DNA of 64,000 bases. Origin: Cirrosporium novae-zelandiae. Lineage: Eukaryota. Position numbers and translations under genes: made by a program. Positions 1-12,744 of the stretch are shown here, piece by piece. Below the pieces are notes generated by a model. That model was not told the DNA's origin. It worked only from the letters and a program-made list of their open reading frames with translations, and made no database searches. The stretch is taken from assembly GCA_026023565.1 (NCBI GenBank), contig JAPETS010000020.1:124001-188000 (forward strand), given 5' to 3'. The stretch's first letter is position 1. The number at the start of each line of letters is the position of its first letter.

Positions 1-378
1 ATGGAGCGCTTTGGTGGGGGCTGGTGTAGAGAGTGTATTCGATAAAGACTGTTGGATTCTAGAAATCGGTTTCGAGCGGTTTTGAGGGCGGGCATTGGGA
101 AATGATGTACGCTGAGCGAGTGGCCTTAGTTGGGTTTCGAGTGAAAGTCCTTGGAGACATGAGTAAGATGACTTGTAGCTCTTATAATTGATATATACTG
201 ACCTTCTTCGATTGCATATAGACCGTCTCAGCGACAATCTCTATCAAACAATGTTTCCAGGTTGGTTGTCGTTACGGCGTACAGGCTTTTGCGAGTGCAA
301 CATCTGCCCAAAGCCTGCGATTCCCGCAGCGATGATAGCACAGAAGGCAACGATTAGAATGGTGACGGTGGTCGACAT
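1..378 (-). CDS. Possible small membrane/secreted protein or 5' end of a spliced gene running off the window
   Basis: ATG at 378 reads MSTTVTILIVAFCAIIAAGIAGFG (hydrophobic) to TGA at 244 if unspliced. Donor-like GTACGC/GTCAGT sites follow and one frame stays open to position 1. Exon structure unresolved. Confidence 0.3.
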
Positions 379-994
379 TTGAATAGAAAAGATTCTAGAA
401 ACGAGCTTAGAAATAAAAGAGAGTGTGTTTTGTATAAGGTCAATGGGAAAAAAGAAAGAAAGAAAAGAGGCCTAGAATCTATATATATATTCATGTCGAA
501 GAGGGGTATACAACTCCAAGTGCTATAACATTTCTGTCAGAATCAATGAAATAGATGCCGCCAAGAAATACTAATATTCAACGCTTATATTGTAGACCTT
601 CATGGGTTTATCGCAATGGTACTCCATAGGATCTCGATAGGATCCGAGATTTTCTAAACTAGGAAATACTTATGAGAAAGGTCGAAATTTGAAGCTAAGG
701 ACATTGCTAAGAGAAGAAATATATTTTCGCCTTGGTGAAAACATCCATGTTGGTGATCACGCTAAAACTCGGCTTCTAATACATGTGATTGGTTAGCATG
801 AATTTATAGCTACCCCTATTTTGGGTACTGACCCGTCAATAACTGCACGATGAATTTAAACATAGACACTGTACTCTTTTTATATCGTACTCGGGTTCGC
901 ATTCAATTCTTATCCGACAATATAACAACCATCAACATTGTACCTCAGGTTTTATTAGTTTAGTAGTGTGCTATCAACTTGATAGTATCAAGAG

Positions 995-2559
995 ATGTCC
1001 ACAACACGTCGACATCCCAAGAGTCGAACAGGGTGCTTTCAATGCAAGCAACGGAAGGTGAAGGTATGGAAATAGCATTTCTTCGTGTCGATTTATTTCA
1101 ATCATAAAGCTTCCGTGTGGCGTTTGGGAGCGTACCAGTATTGAATCTCCCTATTGTGAACCTGTACATCTGAGCCGTCTTCATCGGGTTTATGTCCCGC
1201 AGTTTCACCCTATCTCATTTATCCTTATGCACCCCTTCCTTGTACTGTACAATGGATCTCGTATTGTCGTTGGTATTGCAGCTTTAGCGCAGATGTGTTA
1301 CCAAGATAGAACAAATTCTCTTGCTAACAGAACCGCACTTAAAGTGTGATGAACACAAGCCGTCTTGCGCTAATTGCGTCCGACACAAATCTTCCTGCTC
1401 TTACCTCCAACACATTCCCTTAACCCCGAGGCGAAGACATGGCAATCGCCGGATACTACCGACGCCCTCAAATGCCCCCAAAAGCATTCAGTTATCTCAG
1501 AACCTTCGGCAAACTCCCACCAGAGGATTTGATTCCCTCCCATTTCAGTTCACCACCCTCGACCTCGAATTATTCCACTTCTACATCAGCAAAACTAGCA
1601 ATGAGCTTCTGGGCTACCACCTAACAGGAACACACATCTGGCAAACAGGAGTTGTGACATTGTCGCTAAAACATATATTCCTTCTCCATGAACTCTTCTC
1701 TCTCGCAGCTCTCCACCTTGCGTTTGTCAATGCTTCCAACCCCGTACTCAACCAGAAATATCGTAACGCTGCAATATTTTACTATACCAAGTCTATAGCC
1801 CAATTGCGGTACGAAATCGAAAATATCACCCGCGAGAACTACGAAGCTTGCTGTTTCTGCTCGGTTCTCCTCGGTCTTCATGCCTGGATGATCCAGGATG
1901 GACGGGGCGCCAATTTGTTCTTTTGTACAGAGGAAAAGAGTGATCGAGGACTGGGAGCTAGAATTCCTTGGTATAAGCTTCATCGGGGTGCTAATGAGGT
2001 TCTCAAGTCAGGGGCCTATTGGACTAGAGGTGGGCTCATGTGGGAATCGATAAGACCCTGGATGTCGGTTAGTCTTTCGAACCCCACGCCATTAAAAGAC
2101 GAAGAGAAGACAAATCTCGATGCGCTTGCAGCATGTTGGACATGCTCCGATATAAGCTCTGAAGACAAAATAGCTCTGGAAGAAACCCTACAGTCACTTC
2201 GTCTCATGTTTAGCATGATATCGATGGCAAAGGTCGAAATTAGTAATAGCACAGTAGTATTATCATGGACTACGCTTATCCCATCCAAGTTCTGCCAGAT
2301 GGTTGAGGAAAGAATTCCGCAAGCTTTAGTGCTTGTTGCTGTTTATTGTATACTTTTAAAACGCCTCAAGGAGCTCTGGTGGATTAGAGGGAAGGCAGAG
2401 GATCTTTTGGAGGCAGTTAGGAGAAAAGTTCCGGATAAGTCGTGGGATAAGTGGCTTGAATGGCCCTTGAAGGAAGTTCAGGGCAAGAGAAAAGACTGCG
2501 AGATAGAGGGGTCTCAGAACGCTTTATCGGGTATTGAAAAAGAAACAGGGAAGATATGA
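995..2559 (+). CDS. Zn(II)2Cys6 transcription factor (UPC2-like, Fungal_trans_2 type)
   Basis: Exon 1 995-1063 (MSTTRRHPKSRTGCFQCKQRKVK), intron 1064-1344 (GTATGG...GCTAAC...AAG), exon 2 1345-2559 starting CDEHKPSCANC. Splicing rebuilds the full C6 cluster; downstream 'DLELFHFY' and 'FLLHELFSLAALHL' are typical of the family. Confidence 0.9.
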
Positions 2560-3119
2560 AGAGGGCGAATACAGTACTTGCTAATCTAGGTAGCATGGGA
2601 GATCTTTGGAGCGAAACTATCGTTTTTCTGCATGGAGAAAGATAAAACTATGCCTCTTTTCTTCCTGAATGAATTTACGCTGGACACGTCGGCGTGCTGA
2701 AAATAGATCACTATGATCTCCCTAAATCCTACCTCGAATTCTATCCGGGTCATTAAAGGATGTTGGAATGGAACCCCTATGTAAGGGCGGCGCCTAGGTT
2801 AGGCGATGAGGTCGACAAGTGAGCCTACTGGCCTATAATTATATAAATAAATAAGCGTTTTAAAGGCTGTTTCATGTTACGGGTTTTCGGGTAGCCACAT
2901 TTGGGTACGTACGTAAGGCTGAGGGCATGAGGGGAAATATTCTTCCTCTTTAATTACCTAATTACTTATTCTTATTTATCCATATTTATTCTTTCCTATT
3001 ATTACCTAGCCTATTCCTTGCATAAATATCTATCTTTAATTTTTCTTAATCTCGTTATCATCCAGTACGCAGCTCATCGATTACATTGTGTCACTAATAT
3101 TCATCTATCTATACTCACA

Positions 3120-4397
3120 ATGCCTTGTACATCATGTGCTCGTTCAATCTTGACAACCTTTGTCAACTCCCTCCATCCGATTGAACCACTTCCTCTACGG
3201 ATTTCATGTGCATCACGCCGCAACATCTTGCTTCAAGCTTCTGCACGTCGGCAACTTTCTACATCCTCGGAACCTCAAACTATCACTAAACATGACCACA
3301 AAAGTGATGACCCCTACATACCATTTAGCGAAAGTCCAAGTGAGCCCGCCGAACCCTCGTCGAACGTGGATGGAAAAGCAGTGCAAACTACATCCAACTG
3401 GGCATCAAGGTCCAATGGACCGTCCCTACCTTTTGACTTCCCTTCCCTTTCTTCTATCGCATCCAGCACTACCTCTCCATCAGACATGGAGGCCATGGAC
3501 TCAGACCTGGGCCCTATAAGGCGTGGTCCAAGAGTACGCGGCGATCTTGATATCACAATCCCATCTACAATCATCGAGGACAAGGAATTTCGAAATTCGG
3601 TGGAGAAGTTGTTCGGCTTTCCCCCTACAATAGCGAAAACAAACAAAGAAAACACCTCCTCTGTTACCAGCAAAGACCCAGAGAAAAAAAAAAAACGCTC
3701 GGTTACCGCAAAGGCCCCAGGGAAGAAACATATTAGGGTCAAGGCGAAGACCAAAGCAAAGACTGAATCTGATGCCAAGGAGCTTGAGGATCTTGACCAA
3801 GAACCGGAGCAATCTCAAACACCAGTAAAGGCTAGACTTAAAGCTAAGAACCTTAAGAAACTCGAAGAAGAACCAAAACAACCCCGGATACCAGCAAAAA
3901 AGACTTCTCCTTCCCCGTCAGGTCTGGATGATCAAACAGACAACCTAGACCTTCATAAATCTAGCGACAAAGAAGCTGACCAACCAACCTGGGGTATACA
4001 AAAAGCTGCCTTGAAACGCAAATTCCCAGAGGGTTACAATCCATTAAAGCGTCTCTCCCCAGATACCCTGACTGGAATACGAGCCCTTCATGGACAATAT
4101 CCGGAGCGCTTCCCCACCCCAACACTCTCAAAACTTTTCAAAATATCACCAGAGGGCATTCGACGGATATTGAAATCCAACTGGGCACCAACCGAAGAGG
4201 AAGACAAAGACCGAAAACAGAGATGGGTGAAGAGAGGAGAGAGGATTTGGGATCGTTGGGTGGAGCTAGGCGTGAGACCGCCGAAGAAGGGCAAGGGGAC
4301 CGGGAAGGTGATTGCGAGGCCGAAGAAGACTCCGTGGAAGGGGGGAGCTGAGAGGCGACAGGAGGCTATTCTGAGAGCTCTTGGTGAAGACAATTGA
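3120..4397 (+). CDS. RRG9: Mitochondrial Rrg9/neugrin-family protein
   Basis: First ATG at 3120 with an Arg/Ser-rich presequence-like N-terminus; C-terminal neugrin motif WGIQKAALKRKFPEGYNPLKRLSPD...FKISPEGIRRILKSNW. Confidence 0.85.
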   Translation: MPCTSCARSILTTFVNSLHPIEPLPLRISCASRRNILLQASARRQLSTSSEPQTITKHDHKSDDPYIPFSESPSEPAEPSSNVDGKAVQTTSNWASRSNGPSLPFDFPSLSSIASSTTSPSDMEAMDSDLGPIRRGPRVRGDLDITIPSTIIEDKEFRNSVEKLFGFPPTIAKTNKENTSSVTSKDPEKKKKRSVTAKAPGKKHIRVKAKTKAKTESDAKELEDLDQEPEQSQTPVKARLKAKNLKKLEEEPKQPRIPAKKTSPSPSGLDDQTDNLDLHKSSDKEADQPTWGIQKAALKRKFPEGYNPLKRLSPDTLTGIRALHGQYPERFPTPTLSKLFKISPEGIRRILKSNWAPTEEEDKDRKQRWVKRGERIWDRWVELGVRPPKKGKGTGKVIARPKKTPWKGGAERRQEAILRALGEDN

Positions 4398-4814
4398 GGA
4401 GGACTAGGTGAGGAGAATTGTACCTACTACATAGGAAATACGGAGGGGTGCATTATGTAACCTGCCAGAACTCGAAATAGTCATGTTGTCATTGTTTTTC
4501 GTGGGCGACTTTGTCCCTGAACAAATCACATGAACCATGCCATCTATCCATCTATCCCTCTATTATATATGGTACCATTACATCAGCTATACTCAATTCC
4601 CCTACAAGATATCTAACTATCTATATACAGTACAATATATCGACTATGATGATTGTAGATGTGAAGGTGGGCGGGGGAGATGATGTTGCTGAAAGGGTGG
4701 AAGGGGTTATGTTATGGTTTGTTGTCATCTATCTATCAACCAATCTATGCCCATATTTGTTATATCTATTTCATATAATACATTCATTGATCAGATCTCT
4801 GGCCCCCCATCCCA

Positions 4815-6294
4815 TCAAGCCCTCCACCTCCACCCCTTCTCAACCGAATCCCCCACCCTCACCCCAATGCAACAAACAGAACACACTCCCAACAAAACCC
4901 CACAATACCACACAACGCCCGCATACCTCTCAGCCTGTGCCCCTTCCCCTAAAATCGCACCACCCACCGGACTCCCCAAAAGAGCTCCCAACCCTCTCAC
5001 AAAATATATGAAACCCGTCACACTCGCATATGCAGCCGGTCCAAATACCTCCATCACGGTCGTAGGAAATAGCGCATTGTATCCACCCGCCGTAACGCCA
5101 TACAGCACGATAAAAGAAATCCAAGTTGCTTTTGCGGTAGCCTGAGAGGAGCTAGCGAGGGCGGGTGTCCAAAGGCCGAGGACAGAGATACAGGAACCGA
5201 TGACGCTGAGGAGGAGGGTATTTTGGCGGCCAGCGCGGTCGGCGAGATAGCCTGTGAGGATTCGGGCGGTGGCGTTTATAGCGTTAGAGAGGGAGAGGAG
5301 TAGGGATGCGGTGTTGGCGGTATAACCTAGGGTGAGGGAGAAGGATGGCAAGAAGGTGAGGGGGATGAAGTTACCGGCGGATTGAAGTAGTGCACCGAAG
5401 GATTGGAGGATAAAGGTTGGGCGTTTGGCGAGGGTTAAGGAGACCAGTGTGTGTGGGTGTTGAGCGCCGTAGAGGGGTGCTGGGGTTAGGAGTGCGGTTG
5501 GGAGGGAAAGGGTTAGGGTTACCAGGGCGAGTAGGCGTAGTGTCGCTCGAACTGAGAGGTGAGCCAGCAGGGCTCGCGTTATGGGTGCCAGTGTGAGGCC
5601 GCCGATGCCGGCACCTGAGAGGATGGTGCCCATTGCTAGGCCACGGGAGGTTGTGAAGTAGGAGGGCGCGGTCATGACGATGGGGTAGTAAAGGAGGGAA
5701 GATCCGAGGCCGTATAGAAGGCCTTGGGTTAGGATTAGGGTAGAGAGCTGGGAGAAAAGTTAGAGGCGGAATATCTACCCATAAGATCAAGGAAACATAA
5801 AGTCTGACTAGTTTGAATGAATCGGTCATGACAGAATGACACATTTTACTTGAAGCAATTGAATTGAAAAAGGAGATATCAAACTCTCAGATAATACACA
5901 TGTATATTATTATACTCACCTGTTTACTAAAACTCGCTCCCAGAAAGGCCAGGCTCATCAACAAGCTCCCTCCAAGCGTCAATCGCCTCCAATCCTTCAC
6001 CCTCCGCATCAACGGACTCACAATCACACTTCCACCCCAGGTCAATCCCGCCCCCAGAGTGCCCACCGTAGCAACCAAAGCCTGGTTTTCAGCTTGTTTT
6101 GGAGTGATGACGCCATTTGGCGATGGATTCGAGACATAGTAGGACTGGAAGATACCGTATGCTTGATTTAAGCCAATTGTGAGAAATACAGCCAAAAACG
6201 CAGAGAGGAGCACGAGGGCTTGTTTGGTTTTTGTTACGGACTCTGGAGCGGAGATGGTAGAATGGGATGATGAGTCTTGGAGTTCAACAGACAT
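4815..6294 (-). CDS. MFS monocarboxylate-transporter family (MCH-like) permease
   Basis: Exon 1 6294-5920, intron 5919-5748 (GTGAGT...CTAAC...CAG), exon 2 5747-4815. Many TM helices; motifs 'AYGIFQSYY', 'RGLAMG..SGAGIGG', 'GYLADRAGR'. Confidence 0.88.
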
Positions 6295-6512
6295 GGCGAA
6301 TATCTCAACTATATAATCAATAGTATTGAGTCGTTAGAGGAATTTCACCCAGCAATTTGATTTAAATGTTTCATGGGCGATGGAAACCTTGGATGCGGGG
6401 TCTCCGGACAACCGATAGCTATGGTAAGCACAGGAGCCGTAAATTCTTTTTACCTATTCAACGTTCTCTGCAAAAGTAATTGCTTTACCTAACCAACCCT
6501 TCACCTGATTCT

Positions 6513-6560
6513 AGACTGGCAGACTGGCAGACTGGCGGACTGGCGGACTGGCAGACTGGT
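6513..6560. repeat. 8-bp tandem repeat (RGACTGGC)x6
   Basis: agactggc x3, ggactggc x2, agactggt, about 220 bp upstream of the MFS start codon. Confidence 0.9.
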
Positions 6561-8156
6561 GGAGCCGAACAACTTGAGCTCTTTCAAAGTGCCGATGGAG
6601 GGGGCAATCACCCTGCCCAAATATGGAGTCAGGACTACTACGGCTAGAACGAGGACGATGAAGTCGTGAAAAGAAGGCAAAAAAGAGGAAAACGATGGCA
6701 TCCTCTGGTATTGAAGAAAATATGTCTCAGATGATGCAAATTTTGATCAAATGATATCCATGTCCTGATGATAACGACCGGTGCACCCGTTGCACATTCT
6801 ACCAGACCACCGATATTATACTGCAAGTCTTCGACTAATGACAACAACCCATTCAAATAATTCCGTCCAGCGCCAAGATACCATGGTCAAAATCCATGGT
6901 GGTTGAATGGCAGATGTCGACTCCACAAGATCAGTCTTGCAGCCAAGAACGGGGCTTGATGACTACCGTTGCTTGAAATACGCCATCCATCAAATGCCCA
7001 CAGAATGAGTTGGAAGTATCCGAATTGCCTTTCTGCTAATTCACCATGGCACTCCTATCAAGCATTTGCAGTAAGCCGTCCTCAGGAACCCGCAATCTTC
7101 GCCGGCTAGTAAATGTCTTAAACGCTCTCACTACTTCGTCGCTTCACACCGTCTATAGCTTATCAGCAACTTATCTCTACCCCAGCACATCTCCTGTCTA
7201 CCAACCCACAATCTACTACTTCGATGGAAGAGGTCTTGCTCACTTTCTCGGGGGATATCAATATTGAGAAATCTATCACCGAGTTTAAAGAGAGTCATGG
7301 ATGCAGCTTGCCCCACCCCATCCCGCATGCGCATATCGGCGGACAACCATCATCACTTCGACCATGGTTCTCTTCAGCTTCTTCCATGCACAATATATTT
7401 CGGGACATCCTTCCCCAGCACTAATACTGCAGACTATCTGCACGAAAAGAGAGCTCTGGACTACGGAGAAATATTGTACGAATCAAGAGCCATATGTCCC
7501 CTGTGCCTTACCTGTTCTAGTCATTTCTTAAGATATGCGCCGAGGCTCATGATTTTTGACGTGAAGGACTGGGAGCGATCAAGTGGACCAAATGGCTTCA
7601 TCAACGTAAATGAATCGGACGACCGAGTTTGCTTGATTTGACTGCTATCGGTCCTACACATCCAAAGTCAATACCAAAGAGCTCTACTATAACCGCCTGG
7701 CTATCAAGAATGAACCATTGGCTGTCCATACAGAGTGTCCAGCTAAGCAACGAGTTCACCTGCCCGCCCATTTGAGCATCTTCGACAATAGATTCAACGG
7801 TGGAGATAATGTATTGCAGATCAATTTACAAGGGACCGTCAGGTTAGGTTTATCAACTTATGCTTGTGACCCCTCCAACTCCTACAGAAAAACCCGCGTG
7901 CAGATTGCTACCTTGCTAGGTCTAGAACTAGAAAGGACGAATAGTCCTGTCCGAGGTTACAGTTCTCAAAATTCGCAAATCGTTATTCTCAATTAAGTTT
8001 CCCTGTTTTCTAGTAGTTGAGGAATGATTCCTCGATGCTATTTCTATAAGATCAAGCTATGTACCTACTTGATTTTGTCATTCGTCTAAATCCAACACAT
8101 TCAAGCCCTTATAGCAACATTCGCTTTGATTAGCATTCGTTTAGCATTTGCCCATC

Positions 8157-9014
8157 ATGAAGTTGTCCATTCCAAACCTCTACCCAGTTCTTTTAACTGG
8201 CTACTTGATCTTCACCGCTAGCATTTGGGCCGCGCCTCATCCTGAGTTAGCCAAAGAGCGATATGTCCAGATCCGAAATATGCGGAGGTCGTCATCCGCA
8301 ATTTCGGCCGTTGGTCCTAAGCCTCCTCTGGATATCCATGAAAGCCCTTTCTCTGGTGTCAGTTACAGCTCCAACTGGTGCGGTGCTGTAATTACTTCCC
8401 CCCCAACTGGCGAGAACTTCACGGAGGTTTCTGGTAACTGGGCGCTCCCTACACTCTCTGTACCAACCGATGCGTCAAGCTCATCCGAGTATTGGTATAA
8501 CTCGGAATGGGTTGGCATTGATGGAGATACATACCAGAACGCCATCTTGCAGGCCGGCACCTTGTCTTACATTGACAGTACCACATTGGAACAAGGAGTG
8601 TATGCATGGTACGAATGGTATCCTAATTCTCTTATCTACTTTGACGATCTTTCCGTCTCCGTCGGCGACACTGTGGCTGTATCGGTGCTTGCGACTTCTA
8701 CGACTTCAGGCACAGTGGTCATTGAAAATGAGACTACCGGTACTACTACCACCACCACTGTTAGCGCTCCCACTGCCACGGCCTCCTTGGCTGGGGAAAA
8801 TGCCGAGTGGATTGTGGAAGATGTGAGCTCCGGCACATTGGTTCCTTTCGCAAACTTCACTACAGTGTACATCAATGACTGTGAAACCACTACGGATGAG
8901 GGCTCAAGTCTCGATCTGAGCGATGCCGACCTATTCTACATTGAGCAGAACAGCGAAGTGCTGGCTACCGCTGTGATAATTAGCGATACTGAACTGGAGG
9001 TATATTACGGCTAG
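8157..9014 (+). CDS. Secreted glutamic peptidase, family G1 (aspergillopepsin-2/scytalidopepsin-B like)
   Basis: Signal peptide and propeptide, then SSNWCGAV, WVGIDG, ILQAG (catalytic Gln), AWYEWYP and AEWIVED (catalytic Glu). Intronless; TATA-like TCTATAAG near 8043. Confidence 0.95.
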   Translation: MKLSIPNLYPVLLTGYLIFTASIWAAPHPELAKERYVQIRNMRRSSSAISAVGPKPPLDIHESPFSGVSYSSNWCGAVITSPPTGENFTEVSGNWALPTLSVPTDASSSSEYWYNSEWVGIDGDTYQNAILQAGTLSYIDSTTLEQGVYAWYEWYPNSLIYFDDLSVSVGDTVAVSVLATSTTSGTVVIENETTGTTTTTTVSAPTATASLAGENAEWIVEDVSSGTLVPFANFTTVYINDCETTTDEGSSLDLSDADLFYIEQNSEVLATAVIISDTELEVYYG

Positions 9015-9557
9015 GGATAAATTTCCTTTTTCTTGAAGCTGGAACCTCGGCGTGGATCATCTAGGGGAATGGTAGAAGCTGATGACGGAACTGAGAGTCA
9101 GTAGCTAGGTTCCGAACAGAAATTTCCTTCCTGGCTATTCTTTATTTTAGGTGGATCGCCTTTCAACAAGCGTCTTTTTCTATGAAGGCACAGCGACTTT
9201 AATGACTGGATGAGGCTAGATGTGAAAGTCACAAAATGATGTACATGGATATACACGAACTATCTACGATCATGACGGTAGTAATATATTTGAAGCTAGT
9301 TTACAGATAAGCTTGTGCATTCATGTAACTAGTAATTATCGAAAATCCTAATCCGATAAATGTACACTCGGGCAATAATATAGACATCATGACATAGATA
9401 TTTCATTCAGACCTCGGGACCAAGACGCCGCAAAGATACCATGGTGGGATAAATGTCTTGGCATCCACTATCACTATCCCGCAAAACCTCAATCCCACCT
9501 GGAACATCCTCAACAAAAATCCACCACCAGAAAAAAGTCCCACAAACTCTCCTCACT

Positions 9558-10629
9558 ATGCAATTGATCGTGAAACCAAGAGGTAAGTCTCAATTCCCCA
9601 TTTCTAGCAAAAATTAGAACAAAAAAAAAAACCTCTTTATACTAACTAACCTTATTGTTCGCGGATCTAAGGCGTGCCTATCAAGACACTTCCCTCTGAA
9701 GTCACGACCTCCGCTGAGGACAATGCCTCACATCTCTACAGCAAGCTTTCGACCTTGACTGGCCTTTCCCAGCATCGATTGAGGATCACCAAGGGTAGCG
9801 ATGGCAGCGTCATTTCACCAGATAGAGACTTGACAATTGGCTCTACGGGACTACAGGAAGAAAGTACCATCTACGTCAAAGACCTAGGTATCTAATCTCC
9901 CCCTTAGCCAAAAAAAAAAAGAAAGAAAGAAAGAAAGAAAGAAAAAAAAACTCACCACCAACCAACCTCCCAGGCCCCCAAATAGCCTGGCGCACCGTCT
10001 TCATAATCGAATACCTCGGCCCCATAATAATCCACCCACTCCTCTACCTCCTCCTAGCGGGGCCAACCCCAACCCCCCTCCAAACCCTCTCCCTCACCCT
10101 CATAGTCGTCCACTTCGTGAAGCGCGAGCTGGAAGGAATCTTCATCCACCGCTTCTCGCTCGCCACAATGCCGATCCGCAACGTGTTCAAAAACAGTGCC
10201 CACTACTGGCTACTCGCGGGGCTCAACATCGCCTACTGGATCTACATCCCCACCTCCCCGACCGCCGCACCCCCGGACACCAAAAACCCCCTCATCACCT
10301 ACGCCGGCCTCACCCTATTCCTCCTCTCGGAGTTCGCAAACCTAAATTCCCACCTCACGCTACGGAACCTACGCCGCCCGGGAAGCACGGATCGCGGCAT
10401 CCCGCACGGATTCGGGTTCGGGCTCGTGACATGCCCGAATTATATGTTTGAGACGCTGGCGTGGGTGGGCGTGGCGATCGTGTCAAGGAGCTGGAGCGTG
10501 GTTGTTTTTACGGTTGTGGCGGTGGCGCAGATGGGCGCTTGGGCTTGGAAGAAGGAGAAGAGGTATCGGAAGGAGTTTGGGGATAAGTATAAGAGGAAGA
10601 GGTATGCGATTTTGCCGGGGTTGTGGTGA
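9558..10629 (+). CDS. TSC13: Very-long-chain enoyl-CoA reductase (steroid 5-alpha-reductase family)
   Basis: Exons 9558-9582, 9672-9887, 9974-10629 with canonical introns. Joins give VKDLGPQIAWRTVFIIEYLGP; also HRFSLATMP, NSAHYW and VTCPNYMFE. Confidence 0.93.
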
Positions 10630-11459
10630 TGGATGGGGGTTTTGGAGGGGATTTAGAGGGGCTAGAATGGAATCCGATGAGTAGATGGATGAAGGAGACG
10701 AAAAAGCATATCTATTAATGCTCATGATTTTTTCTGTTTCTATTTCTTTTTCTATTTTTTTTTAGGGGGGGGGGGAGAGCAATGCATTGAAAAAACACCT
10801 TACCTTCGACCGGGTTGGTTGTATGACGGACACCCAGCGCGGTACTACTGTGATACGATATATATGATATTCTTGTTTAAGAGGAAGGTTGATTACGTGT
10901 GTGTGTATGTTCTACTCCTGAAATCTATTAGAGTAGAATAGAATAGAATAAAAATATATCCCATAAAGAGAATATATATATACATTAGACTATACATTAT
11001 ACGACATAGGTATTACTCGTACGGTACACTCGGCTCTAAACTCCCCCTTCTTCTTGATTCCTACATACAATTACATTCTTTTTTTTTTTAATTGGAATTG
11101 AAGGGATGGATGATGTTTTATATATATGTGATCTACTGCTAGCCAGCTTATATATTATTTATTTATTTTGATTTGATATTGATTTTAGTTTTGATGAAGG
11201 AGGTAGGGAGGAGATGGTATAATGAAGTTTTATTGGTAGAAAATGTTGGGAGATGGATGGGTCTAGAATATTTATTAGAGGAATCTTAGGGGAGGTAGAG
11301 ATGGTATCCTCATATGAGTCTAGCATATCCTAATTATGCTTTGCTAAGTAGCAGGTCAACTCCTTCTCCCACCCGACCACTGATAGAAGTAATCAAACTA
11401 AATATTGAGATGTATTCATAGTGGGGTTAGCACACCAATTGACTTCAGTCGAGTTGATT

Positions 11460-12480
11460 TGCATTAGCAGTGGCAATTGCCAGTAACTAAATAAAACATA
11501 TTGACGGGAACTATTGGTAATGGTTGGAATGTGTTGGCAGATACAGTTGGTAGATGGTGATTCACAATGACGGGAACTGTTGGTGGTTGCTGGGTTGAGT
11601 TGGTAGGAGCAACGGGTAGACAAGATGAGGTTTAGAGGTCGCCGTTGCTAGCTGAGTGGTTGGTTTCTTTGACTGTTGCTAATTTATCATAGGGCCGGAT
11701 AGTCGGTTTGTCCCATTTGCAGTTGTACCGGTCGCTAAAAATTTGATGAGGCTATGAAACCAATTCTTTTCCTAATCAAGTAATATTCCTATATCGGGCT
11801 TGATCCAGATCAACTTGATCTCCTAAGTGTGGTGCTTCTCCAAGAAGAAACGGAGAATTTACTAATGCCATGCAGGAAGTATCTTCCTAGCAGCTGCTAC
11901 TGGAGCTGGTGCACTTCCCATAAAGTTGTTTGCATTCGCGGAACTGATAATGTCATTCACAGAGGAGCTGGTAGCGACAACACTGGTGCCTAGTTACCGG
12001 ATGCTGAATCTGCTTGAACGGAGGAGAACTAGTTGTTATATCGCATCATATATCAACTCCTAGCTGAAAGTGAGGAAGTATTGAGTTGGAACGATGATAC
12101 CAATGTATGGTGCAGTAAGAAGCAGAAGACCCTTTCAAGTACTGTCGTTTCCACTAGCACGGCGTGCATCTCGAACCATAGAGTAAGCCTTAGCGATGTT
12201 GGGCCGTCGAGAGTCTCCCTCCTAGTAAAGTACCAAGTCTGTCTCGGTCATGTTAGTACAAATCCGGCAAGTCAATGTAAGAAAGCGGATAAATAGCAGC
12301 ATAAAGTTGATCAGACAGCAGTTGGAAATAAACTGTTTCCACAAAGTATATTCAGAACAGATTTGTGTGAATATGTTTTTCATCATAGAGTGCGCGAAAT
12401 ATCGAAAAGAACTTTGGTTGGTATTGCTTACTTCGGTCATAATACCTAGCACCTCACGTTCTCGTTCGCATTTGTTGGAG
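11460..12480 (-). pseudogene. Possible decayed gene relic of unknown family
   Basis: TACTAAC...CAG acceptor near 12240 followed by protein-like frames broken by isolated TAG/TGA; internal repeat PTVPV/PIVPV. No intact long ORF. Confidence 0.25.
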
Positions 12481-12744
12481 TTCCATCAATATACCGAAAC
12501 ATAATGCTGCTGTACTAGCTAGTAAGCAATACTAAATAGCTATGTCGTCTGTAAAGGATCTAACCCCACACATAGTGAATTAATAATTCACCTATGAGAA
12601 TAGATCGTGCATAGACGGGTAGCCTATAGGTAGGACTAAGTACGTTAATGCCCTAGCACAATGAGGTGACAACCGAACTCGCCTCTAACCTCTTTTCCTT
12701 ATCAAGGTTCTGCATGAATCTGCCTTGAATAGCTCTGAGTAACT

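Noticed and set aside
3018..3119. ORF-track N-terminal extensions from TTG/GTG starts (here and at 1321, 12745, 26312, 52234 and others)
   Set aside because: Eukaryotic locus; true starts are downstream ATGs or upstream spliced exons.
5483..5522. GGGTTAGGGTTA telomere-like repeats
   Set aside because: They lie within the MFS coding sequence and reflect CTA/ACC codon usage on the opposite strand.
10790..10862. Minus-strand GC-balanced stretch ending in a T-run, superficially Pol III/tRNA-like
   Set aside because: No cloverleaf, no proper GTTCRA B-box and no acceptor stem could be built.
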